Under the pieces are notes generated by a model. The model was not told where the DNA came from. It did no database searches and saw nothing but the letters and a program-made list of their open reading frames with translations. A stretch of 34,584 nt of DNA. It comes from Pseudobacteriovorax sp. (GTDB lineage Bacteria > Bdellovibrionota_B > Oligoflexia > Oligoflexales > Oligoflexaceae). Position numbers and translations under genes: made by a program. Shown here in pieces: positions 9,005 through 17,607 of the stretch (positions are counted from its first letter, which is position 1; every line of letters starts with the position of its first letter). The DNA is taken from contig JBNKNM010000041.1 in assembly GCA_050293845.1 (NCBI GenBank), positions 1 through 34,584 on the forward strand. The letters are read 5' to 3'.

Positions 9005-10531
9005 TCATGACAGAGTATGTTCGAAAATCCTTTCTCTCAGAACGTGTTTTAAGACTTTTCCATTGGCGTTTCTGGGAAGCCTATCAATAGTGAGAACATG
9101 CCTGGGTAACTTATAACGCGCAACCTCCTCTGCGATCGTTTTGATAAGAATTTTGGCATCGATGGTTGTATTCGGTTTAGCAACAACAAATAAACAACCC
9201 ACCTCACCCCATTTCTCATCAGGAACCCCGACAAGAGCACATTCTTCAACTTGCGTAATAGGGGCGACGAGGGCCTCGATTTCGGCTGGATAAACATTTT
9301 CTCCTCCGGAGATATACATATCCTTTTTTCGCCCCACGATCCGGTAATATCCCGCCACATTACGACGAAACAGATCTCCAGTCTTAAACCAACCCTCTGA
9401 CGAAAAAGCTGTTTCCTTTAGCTCAGGCTGTCGCCAATATCCTAGACATACATTGGGACCCTTCAACCATAGTTCCCCAACAGAGCCAATTTCAACATCT
9501 CTACCATCATCATCTACCAAACGACACATCATACGTGGCGTATGCAAACCAACGGATTCTATATGACTACGGATAAGATGAATATCCCGAGGCATACCGA
9601 ATACGGTTCCAACTTCACTCATACCATAGCCATCAACAATAGGAATGTCATCGTCTAACCACTGAACTTTAGAAGAGGGGGGATGGGGGGCCCCTCCCGT
9701 AAAAATTGCTGTTAGTTTTTTTAATTGGGGAGCCGAAAAATTTTCTAAACTTCGCAACTTGCCAGCCATTTGTGGCACGCAAAAATAATGAGTTATGCCA
9801 AGATTTGAGTCACACAACCAGTCAAGAGTGCGTTCAGGTATAAATCCATCAGAAATATATATTTTTGCGCCTAGCATCAACGCCGGTCGTATACTCGCAA
9901 CTAAACCAATGGTATGAAACATGGGGGCTTCACAAAGGAATGCACTATTATAGCTAACTTTTCCTAAAAGGGAAAAGTTGATAGCTGATTCTGTTACATT
10001 GGTTTCAGATAGCAGGACACCTTTACTTTTTCCAGACGTTCCCGAAGTGTATAATATCAAGGAGGGTCGTTTTAAATCTGTTAGAATGGAAAAATTTGGT
10101 ACAAGATTGCTGCAAGCTTGGTGGAATTCATCGATTTGTTCCCATTGATAGCGCAATGCCATATCCTGGTATTTTTCTAACGCGAAATGGTCAGCTAGAG
10201 TTAAAGCAGGTTGGCTATCTGCTAAAAGATTTTCAATTTCGGATCTGGCTAATCGCCAGTTCAGAGGTACAAAGATGATATTCATTCGGACACAGGCCAT
10301 ATGAATAATGACGAACTCAGCCCTATTTTTAGCAATTATAGCCAAACGATCACCGTCATCTAAGCCAAGCTTAGCTAGCATACTAACGCAGGAACCTATA
10401 GAACTATGTAACTCTGCATAGCTCCAGCTTCTAGTGGAGCTTAAATCCACTATGGCCAGAGAGTTTGGGTTAAATTGGGCATTTAAACTAATATAGTCAG
10501 TTGATTGAAACGTCATGATCAAAACCTTCAC
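9005..10531 (-). CDS. fcs: Hydroxycinnamoyl (feruloyl/p-coumaroyl)-CoA synthetase, AMP-binding family
   Basis: YTSGTSGKSKG, GYGMSE, TGD, GRKKDMYISGGENVYPAEIE, NGKVLK. Substrate is inferred from adjacency to ech. Confidence 0.82.
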   Translation of the reverse strand: MKVLIMTFQSTDYISLNAQFNPNSLAIVDLSSTRSWSYAELHSSIGSCVSMLAKLGLDDGDRLAIIAKNRAEFVIIHMACVRMNIIFVPLNWRLARSEIENLLADSQPALTLADHFALEKYQDMALRYQWEQIDEFHQACSNLVPNFSILTDLKRPSLILYTSGTSGKSKGVLLSETNVTESAINFSLLGKVSYNSAFLCEAPMFHTIGLVASIRPALMLGAKIYISDGFIPERTLDWLCDSNLGITHYFCVPQMAGKLRSLENFSAPQLKKLTAIFTGGAPHPPSSKVQWLDDDIPIVDGYGMSEVGTVFGMPRDIHLIRSHIESVGLHTPRMMCRLVDDDGRDVEIGSVGELWLKGPNVCLGYWRQPELKETAFSSEGWFKTGDLFRRNVAGYYRIVGRKKDMYISGGENVYPAEIEALVAPITQVEECALVGVPDEKWGEVGCLFVVAKPNTTIDAKILIKTIAEEVARYKLPRHVLTIDRLPRNANGKVLKHVLRERIFEHTLS

Positions 10532-10532
10532 C

Positions 10533-11369
10533 TCACATTTGTTTAGATCTGTCGTATGCCCCTAGCCCTGGCCTGTAGGATTTTTCATCTAAAAACTGAC
10601 GGATACCCTCTTTACGACCATCACTATCGAAACTATTTGCCGCTTCTTGAGCACGGATTAGGTAGTCCTCGGCATTATCATAGGTCATTTCTCCGACTCG
10701 CCTTAATGCATCTTTTGTCGCTTTCAGAGCTACCGGGTTTTTTTCTAACAGACAGTTAGCAACATGTGTAACGCGAGATTCTAGTTGTGATAAAGGCACG
10801 GCTTCATTTACTAAGCCCCATTCCGCAGCAGTTCTGCCATCAATAGTCTCCCCTGTCATGGCGTGATACATTGCTTTACGCATTGGCATGAGTTCCCTTG
10901 CTACCTTTGTCGCGCCACCACCTGGCAATATTCCCCAATTGACTTCACTTAAACCAAATTTTGCCTCTAAAGCAGCAAAAGCCAAGTCGCACCCGAATAA
11001 AGGGCCATAACCGCCGCCAAAGCACCAGCCGTTTACCATGGCAATAGTTGGCTTTTGGTACCATCTTAAGCGTCTCCACCAGGTGTAGGCTTCTCTCTGT
11101 GCTTGTCGCGTTGCCCCTAACCCTTGGGCCTCCGTTTCCCGGAAGTATTCATTAAGATCCATACCTGCGGACCAAGCTGACCCTTCCCCCGTTAAGATCA
11201 AAACGCCAAAATTTTGATTGAATTCAAGTTCATCGAGCACCGCAAGCATTTTTTGGTTTAGAGAAGGGTTCATGCAATTACGCTTTTCTGGTCGATCAAA
11301 TTTGACCCAGGCGATACCGTCATTGATTTTATAAGTCACAGTATCTTTGGAATTGTTGTTGTGTTTCAT
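10533..11369 (-). CDS. ech: p-hydroxycinnamoyl-CoA hydratase/lyase
   Basis: Crotonase fold with AWSAGMDL.EYFRE, GWCFGGG, GLSEVNWGI.PGG, AEDYL and C-terminal KSYRPGLGAY, typical of the Ech/CouA subfamily. Confidence 0.93.
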   Translation of the reverse strand: MKHNNNSKDTVTYKINDGIAWVKFDRPEKRNCMNPSLNQKMLAVLDELEFNQNFGVLILTGEGSAWSAGMDLNEYFRETEAQGLGATRQAQREAYTWWRRLRWYQKPTIAMVNGWCFGGGYGPLFGCDLAFAALEAKFGLSEVNWGILPGGGATKVARELMPMRKAMYHAMTGETIDGRTAAEWGLVNEAVPLSQLESRVTHVANCLLEKNPVALKATKDALRRVGEMTYDNAEDYLIRAQEAANSFDSDGRKEGIRQFLDEKSYRPGLGAYDRSKQM

Positions 11370-11708
11370 ATTATCTCCAGAATAATTTAACAGCCAAAGT
11401 TCTCTAGATGGTTTGCAACTGATATTCGTTCAAAAATTATTTTTTTGCAATGATAGGGAAATTTGAATAAGTAAATGTCATTGCTTAGCTGATGATTTAC
11501 GAACTTTTAGTCGGAATATCTCTAATTTAGGAAAACTTAAGATGACATTTGTCTTACAGAGGTTCAATCTCCAATTACCTAAGGGGGATGACAAATAACA
11601 AAAGGGAATAGAAAAATAACTTTTCCTTTAATCAAAATTCAAAACGCAGTAAATCTGATGTTTATTGGAATTTGTTCCGCTTACATTCTAACTTAAAAGG
11701 ATGTCTAA

Positions 11709-13187
11709 ATGTTATTAAATGAAAGTAAAAATCTATTAGATAAGGAAGTTTGGACTGGTCGCTTATTTGACGGAGATTGGATAAGTCCCAAGGGCGGTAC
11801 TTATCAAATAGTTGAGCCAGCTACTGGTGACACTATGACGACGGTTGGCTTAGCAAATAAACAAGATATAAATATCGCCTGCGAAGCTGCAAAGGAAGCG
11901 CAAATAGGATGGAGTAAGCTGCCCTCGCGGGAGCGTGCTAAGTATCTAAGAAATGCGGCAGATGTTTTGGATCATCACAGCGAAGAATTGAGTCGTTATG
12001 TAGCCCGCGAAACGGGAGGTATCTTTCCTAAAGGACAGCATGAAGTCCGTGAAGCTGCCTCGCTCTTACATCTTGCTGCAGCAACAGCCATAAGCTCACG
12101 GGGAGAAATCCTACAAAGCCAGAAGGTAGAAACACTAAGTTTAGCGAGGCGTGTCCCAAGAGGTGTGGTAGGCATTATTTCACCCTTCAATTTCCCATTA
12201 ATCCTGTCAATGCGGGCCATCGCACCAGCCTTATCTTGCGGTAATAGCGTAGTGATAAAGCCTGATCCACAAACTGCCATATCTGGAGGCTACCTTATAG
12301 CTCGCATCTTTGAAGAAGTGGGGCTTCCAAAGGGAGTACTACAGGTACTCCCCGGAGAGGCTGAGGCTGGTGAAGCTTTATGTGTCAATCCAGATGTCGA
12401 TATGATTCAATTTACAGGATCTGCAGCTGTTGGTCGTCGGGTTGGTGAATTGGCTGGAAAACATTTAAAAAAGGTTTCCCTTGAACTAGGAGGAAACAAT
12501 GCCCTTATTATTCTTGATGATGCTGATATAGATTCCGCCGTGAATAACGCTACTTGGGGTGCTTTTCTTCACCAAGGTCAGATTTGTATGGCCTCTAGTC
12601 GGATCTTTGTTCAAGAATCCATAAGCCAGGAATTTACGCAAAGATTTGCGGAAAAAATCAACCATCTCCCTGTGGGCAATCCTTCTACTGATCAGGTTGC
12701 ATTAGGCCCTGTGATCAACGCTAAACAATTAGAACGTATCCAAGCCTTGATTGCGGATACGGTGTCTGCTGGTGCCAAGGTCGAAGTTGGTGCTAAGAAT
12801 AATGGACTGTTCCATGAGGCTACTGTGATTTCTGGGGTTAAACCTGGTATGAGGCTTTTTGACGAAGAATGCTTTGGTCCGGTGGCAAGTATTATCACCT
12901 TTAAGGATGATGCGGAAGCATTAGCTCTTGCCAATCAACACCAGGGGTCCTTGGCTGCAGGGGTCATGTCACAATCAGTGGGTCGGGCGATGGCAATGGC
13001 TAACCAGTTAAAATCAGGTTTGGTCCATGTGAACGATCAAACCGTTAATGATGAAGGCAACAACCCTTTTGGAGCGCCAGGTGTTGCTGGAGCAGGATCT
13101 TCTGTTGGTGGCCCTGCTGACATTGAGGAGTATACGCGATGGCAATGGTATACTATTAAAGCGGAGCCACCAAAGTACCCCTTTTAG
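11709..13187 (+). CDS. Aromatic aldehyde (benzaldehyde/vanillin/4-hydroxybenzaldehyde) dehydrogenase
   Basis: ISPFNFP, FTGS, LELGGNN (Glu), HQGQICMA (Cys), EECFGP. Divergent from ech-fcs, whose products are aromatic aldehydes. Confidence 0.88.
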   Translation: MLLNESKNLLDKEVWTGRLFDGDWISPKGGTYQIVEPATGDTMTTVGLANKQDINIACEAAKEAQIGWSKLPSRERAKYLRNAADVLDHHSEELSRYVARETGGIFPKGQHEVREAASLLHLAAATAISSRGEILQSQKVETLSLARRVPRGVVGIISPFNFPLILSMRAIAPALSCGNSVVIKPDPQTAISGGYLIARIFEEVGLPKGVLQVLPGEAEAGEALCVNPDVDMIQFTGSAAVGRRVGELAGKHLKKVSLELGGNNALIILDDADIDSAVNNATWGAFLHQGQICMASSRIFVQESISQEFTQRFAEKINHLPVGNPSTDQVALGPVINAKQLERIQALIADTVSAGAKVEVGAKNNGLFHEATVISGVKPGMRLFDEECFGPVASIITFKDDAEALALANQHQGSLAAGVMSQSVGRAMAMANQLKSGLVHVNDQTVNDEGNNPFGAPGVAGAGSSVGGPADIEEYTRWQWYTIKAEPPKYPF

Positions 13188-13268
13188 TTGAGATAACTAC
13201 TGAGCGCTCTTCCCTGATAGTTAGGGTGTAAAGGTGAAACTTTGCTTAAAGTGAATAATTTTTGTTAA

Positions 13269-13295
13269 CGGCGAAAAGCAACGCTTGATTCGCCG
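13269..13295. terminator. Hairpin between the convergent aldehyde dehydrogenase gene and vanA
   Basis: CGGCGAA-AAGC-AAC-GCTT-GA-TTCGCCG, a few nt beyond the vanA stop. Confidence 0.6.
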
Positions 13296-13302
13296 ATAGG
13301 AA

Positions 13303-14337
13303 TTATAGTTGGGCCTGTTCCTCTTTGATCATTTTACTGAGCATACGACGGGCCTGAACACCACCTGAGTCGATATCAAGCATTAATAGTTTTCGTTTAG
13401 CATGGCGATCAAGATTGATTTGCTGCTGTTCCAAAATTTTCCGATCTTCGGCGAATATTTTTCCCTGACCTTCTCTAATCTTTTCTGTAAGTGCGACGTC
13501 CTCTGGTTTAAATCGTCTAGCCATACCCCAAAAATACCAGATTGAGCTTTTCGTTTCTGGGGTTATAAAATCGATAACAGTACTGCTAACCTTGTACTTG
13601 TGATCGGCCTCATAACTCCCATACCCAGCTAATGCAACTCCCACTTCGATCATCACATGACTAGGAGGAATAAAATGACAAATCTGCCAACGATCTACGG
13701 ATGCATTGGGGTCCAATTCATTGGATTCTAAAGCCATTTTCCAAAATGGTGGTGCAGAAATATTCTCTATAAACCGACTAGTGAGGATTTTACCATTATC
13801 GACTCTAGTCTTCACTGGTGCTTCATCGATTTCCTTTTGCCCTATACTGCTAGCATGCACGTAAGTCTCATGAGTGAGATCCATGAGATTATCAATCATG
13901 AGACGATAATCGCAATTAATGTGGAACAGACCTCCGCCAAATGCCCATTGGGGATTATTGCCCCAAATGAATTCGGGAATAAGGCTAGGATCTGACAATT
14001 CCGGTTTTCCAACCCAAATCCATATGAAACCATATCTTTCCACTATGGGAAAAACGCGTATACAGGGAAAGTGCTGAACCTTCTGTTTGGGCATAGAATG
14101 GGTGCGACCATCACGCCCCATACGAAGTCCATGATAACCACAAACCAATTGACCATCATCGACGAATCCAAGGGAAAGCGGTACTCCACGGTGAGGACAA
14201 AAATCTTCGAGCGCCGCTATGGATCCATCATGATCACGGAAAAACACGATAGATTCGTCACATATTTTTCGCGCCAAAGGTTTGTTTGAAATCTCGTCAC
14301 TGGTACAGGCAACATACCAAGTATTTTTTGGGAACAT
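13303..14337 (-). CDS. vanA: Vanillate O-demethylase oxygenase subunit (Rieske non-heme iron)
   Basis: MFPKNTWYVA start, Rieske CPHR...CGYHG, iron motif DNLMDLTHETYVH, VDRWQIC, ITPET....WYFWG, IDSGGVQARR. Confidence 0.93.
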   Translation of the reverse strand: MFPKNTWYVACTSDEISNKPLARKICDESIVFFRDHDGSIAALEDFCPHRGVPLSLGFVDDGQLVCGYHGLRMGRDGRTHSMPKQKVQHFPCIRVFPIVERYGFIWIWVGKPELSDPSLIPEFIWGNNPQWAFGGGLFHINCDYRLMIDNLMDLTHETYVHASSIGQKEIDEAPVKTRVDNGKILTSRFIENISAPPFWKMALESNELDPNASVDRWQICHFIPPSHVMIEVGVALAGYGSYEADHKYKVSSTVIDFITPETKSSIWYFWGMARRFKPEDVALTEKIREGQGKIFAEDRKILEQQQINLDRHAKRKLLMLDIDSGGVQARRMLSKMIKEEQAQL

Positions 14338-14587
14338 GCTCGCCCCCTCCTAAATTTCTCATAAATTTCGCTCACTATAGCTGCCTTAAATAAAAGCTGC
14401 AATGAAGAATTCGCACTAGCATTCACATATTTCATGATTCATTTAGGACCTTGATAGTTCTGACGACGACGATTCTTATTTAAGTTGATTCACTGAAGCC
14501 ATATACCTCCCAAAGTGCACACCAACCAATGTTGAAATTCCCTCAAGGGAAACCTCATTCTCATAGAAAATCTTTTCTGATCCTGGT

Positions 14588-14950
14588 TTAGATATTGGAG
14601 GCGGTAATTTCGCTAACGATATCCTCATTATCCTCTATGATGACAGCTATACAATCATCTGCACCTGACCAATGAGCCTTTGTTTTCTGGTAATTTTCAT
14701 GGGACAGTAATTCCATTTTTTTGGTCTGACCACGCCCTTTTCCCTTCACATTCTTCTGAATATTGGTTTCTTGTTCACCCAATTCAGAACAGGCGACAAC
14801 CTCCGGTTCTTCCGATTCTATGGCATCTTCCTCCTGACTTTCCCAAGAAGCATCTTCTGGGACCGCACCTGAGACAGGCTGGCTTTCTTTCACCCCCTCA
14901 CAGGATAAAACAAAGAAAGCAACTAAAGACAATCTTACGCAATAACGCAT
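14588..14950 (-). CDS. Hypothetical acidic lipoprotein
   Basis: Signal peptide with lipobox VLSC, GGAGG RBS, no recognisable domain. Confidence 0.7.
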   Translation of the reverse strand: MRYCVRLSLVAFFVLSCEGVKESQPVSGAVPEDASWESQEEDAIESEEPEVVACSELGEQETNIQKNVKGKGRGQTKKMELLSHENYQKTKAHWSGADDCIAVIIEDNEDIVSEITASNI

Positions 14951-15259
14951 TTCTTACCTCCTATCATTATTATCGTTGTTAGTATCGGTGGGATTTTTTT
15001 GTATAAAAAATAATTAATTTTTCTATGCTTTTAATAGAGCTTAGCTATAATATTTAAATTAGTATTATTCTTAATTACGTATCATAGTTTGGCTTTTATC
15101 CGAATCTGGTAAGGTTATTAACTGCTTATACAGAATAAATTATCATGACAGGGAATTTGAGATCTTTGAGAAAGTCATAACAATCGCTTACCTGGTATTC
15201 TTTGTACATAATAGCTAAAGTTCCTCAGTAGAATTCCCGAATACATAAGAGGAGGAAGT

Positions 15260-16132
15260 ATGGACACAAAGAATCTACTACACCAGCTGACAAGAACAGA
15301 GATTTTACCCAGTAATTTTATGGAGTATAAACTGTTCCTATCTTCCTTGTTCTCCGCCATGAAGCAACGGACCAAATATGGCTATCACCAATTTGCTGAA
15401 GACCTAGGATTCAGCCGCACTAATATCATGTATCAATACATGCAAGGTGTCAGAAAGCTAACAGCAAAGACAGCCAAACAGATCAGTGACACATTGGACC
15501 TAAAAGGTGTTGAAAGACGCTATTATGAACTTATGATAGAATATTGTAATACCGGAAAACAACCTGTTCGCGACAATTGCCTGCAAAAGATGCTTGATAT
15601 TAAATCGCACAAATTGAACTCAGAGGTGGATAAAAACCAATTATCATTCCTTTCCGAGTGGTACCACCCGGTAATTCTAGAATTTATCAGCATCAATGGA
15701 TTTAAAAATGACCCCTATTGGATTGCTGAGCAAATCACACCTAAATTAAGACCTGAACAAGTCAAAAAGAGCTTGGTCCTTTTGGAAAAACTCCAACTGA
15801 TAGAAATAAAAGATGATGTCATTTCAGTAACTAATAACACAGTCCGCACTGGCCACCGTATCAGAGGTATTGCTCTTACCAGCTATCATAAAAACATGTT
15901 GGAAAGGGCTCAAGAAGCACTCATTCGTACTCCCGGTAAGTTGCGTAATATTAGTGCTATGACGATTTCTGTTAACGAAGAAAATTTTAATAAGATTAGA
16001 TCGATGATACATGAATTCAATGAAAAGATTTTTACTATAGCGAATGAGAGCCAAGATCCCGATAGTATATACCAGGTGAATATCCAGCTATTCCCCTTTA
16101 TTCTGCCACCAAAGAAGGACGAAGAGCAATGA
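15260..16132 (+). CDS. TIGR02147-family protein (N-terminal HTH plus DUF4423-like C-terminus), putative regulator
   Basis: FAEDLGFS...YMQGVRKLT helix-turn-helix region; FLSEWYHPVILE; YHKNML..A..AL...P...RNISAMT; terminal YQVNIQLFP; GAGGAGG RBS. Confidence 0.88.
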   Translation: MDTKNLLHQLTRTEILPSNFMEYKLFLSSLFSAMKQRTKYGYHQFAEDLGFSRTNIMYQYMQGVRKLTAKTAKQISDTLDLKGVERRYYELMIEYCNTGKQPVRDNCLQKMLDIKSHKLNSEVDKNQLSFLSEWYHPVILEFISINGFKNDPYWIAEQITPKLRPEQVKKSLVLLEKLQLIEIKDDVISVTNNTVRTGHRIRGIALTSYHKNMLERAQEALIRTPGKLRNISAMTISVNEENFNKIRSMIHEFNEKIFTIANESQDPDSIYQVNIQLFPFILPPKKDEEQ

Positions 16133-17025
16133 GAGTGATGAACATATTCACAAAAATGACCCTTATTGCTATATTATGGATTAGTGGAGCTTGCGGCACA
16201 TATGTGGGAAATCCTGAAGATGATGATACTTCTACAGCACAACCGGCACCAAATGATCCCAATAGCCCTGGAGATGGAGGTGGATCTGGAACTGGCTCTA
16301 ATCCAGGTGATCCTAATCAAGGTAATTATGAAGATGAGATTATCGTTATTTCCTTGGCTGATGCTCCCATTGAAGATCTCAGCGAAGTCAATGTACTCGT
16401 TGACAGTCTTAGCGTAAAACCAAGCACAGGGGAATGGATTTCTCTTGACCTAGCCACAAATGAAGCCATCAACCTCCTCAATTATCAGGATGGCAATAAG
16501 CTGGCTCTGGGTATTTCAAAAACTCTTCCTTCTGGTGACTATAATCGGATTCGTATTCTATTGAATGCAGATACTCCTGTCACAGCCAGGGATACAAATG
16601 GTGATGAAGTATCTATTCGAGCCCCTAGCGCAACAGATTCAGGTATTCAGGTCTCATATCAATTCACAATTTCCGACGATACACAGACCAGTATCACCCT
16701 AGACTTTGACCTTCGTTCTTCTATCAAAAAGACCGGAAATTCCTATATGATTCAACCTGTCATTCGAGCTTCCAACGATAAATTGAGTGCATCATTAGAA
16801 GGTAATTCAGCCGGTAAAGTAGTATGCCTATATGCAAGCAATGCAACAGCTGATAACGATGATAGTTGTGAAACCTCTGCAGGTTCTGCAAAGGTTAAAA
16901 ATGGAATCTTCAAAATTCACTTTATTGAAGCGGGAAACTATTTCATCCGTACGTTCAATGAAGATGACTCCATCGAAGACTCAGAAACGTTTACCGTTCA
17001 GGAGGGAGAGAAAAAAGTTCTCTAG
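16129..17025 (+). CDS. DUF4382-like lipoprotein
   Basis: Lipobox SGAC then GTYVGNP and a Pro/Gly/Asp/Asn linker. ISLADAP, INLL, LPSGDYNRIR, APS, ITLDFD..S, Y.IQPVIR match the DUF4382 pattern. ATGA overlap with the upstream gene. Confidence 0.8.
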   Translation: MRVMNIFTKMTLIAILWISGACGTYVGNPEDDDTSTAQPAPNDPNSPGDGGGSGTGSNPGDPNQGNYEDEIIVISLADAPIEDLSEVNVLVDSLSVKPSTGEWISLDLATNEAINLLNYQDGNKLALGISKTLPSGDYNRIRILLNADTPVTARDTNGDEVSIRAPSATDSGIQVSYQFTISDDTQTSITLDFDLRSSIKKTGNSYMIQPVIRASNDKLSASLEGNSAGKVVCLYASNATADNDDSCETSAGSAKVKNGIFKIHFIEAGNYFIRTFNEDDSIEDSETFTVQEGEKKVL

Positions 17026-17048
17026 TTCTCTGATACCCGATATGTATT

Positions 17049-17390
17049 TTATTGGAAGAGGTCGCGGTCTATACCTACTTATTGAAAAGGTAGTCGCGAC
17101 TTCTTTCCAGCTCTTTCTTAAGGTGAGGAATATCAAACCCCAAGATCCGATCTTTCCATTTCACAATACGACCTGCAACCATAACCGTCTCCACATTACT
17201 ATGTGTTCCATGAGAGTAACGATAGCGCCCGGTACGCTATTGAGGGGTGCCACATTCAGTGCTTCTGCATCGAGTAAAATCAAGTCAGCTTCTTTGCCAG
17301 GTGATAAGGAGCCGACCTTTCGATCCAAATGAAGCCCTTTAGTTCCTTCGATGGTGGCAAATCTGAGAACATCTTTAAGTGGGGTTTTTG
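17049..17390 (-). pseudogene. C-terminal fragment of a metal-dependent amidohydrolase (MTA/SAH deaminase-like) with two frameshifts
   Basis: DVLRFATIEGTKGLHLDRKVGSLSPGKEADLILLD...PLNSVPGAIVTLMEH. After a frameshift near 17201 it continues SNVETVMVAGRIVKWKDRILGFDIPHLKKELERSRDYLFNK, and after a second shift VGIDRDLFQ*. The N-terminal catalytic part is absent. Confidence 0.85.
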
Positions 17391-17607
17391 CATTTTCTAG
17401 AGTCGCAAAGTCTACACATAAAAAACCACCAATCTTAATAAACTGATACAAATAACTAACGACGCCTTAAGATAACTTTTAGCTGAATTTATATCAAACA
17501 ATTTGGAATTTTCTGGTGATGGCATTTATAGGTTTTTCATGACCTAAGGGAAATGCTCTTGTATGATGAGCACCACTTAAATTTAAAATAGAAAGTGAGG
17601 AGTTCTT

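Noticed and set aside
851..14435. Short alternative-frame and antisense ORFs within the catabolic genes (for example 2485-2889, 3043-3423, 5111-5692, 11996-12280)
   Set aside because: They overlap well-supported genes and have no motifs; shadow ORFs.
14476..14502. 8-codon minus-strand ORF MASVNQLK with a GGAGG RBS upstream of vanA
   Set aside because: Too short to distinguish a leader peptide or truncated gene from chance.
16832..17332. 166-aa plus-strand ORF
   Set aside because: It is an off-frame overlap of the lipoprotein gene plus the antisense of the amidohydrolase relic.
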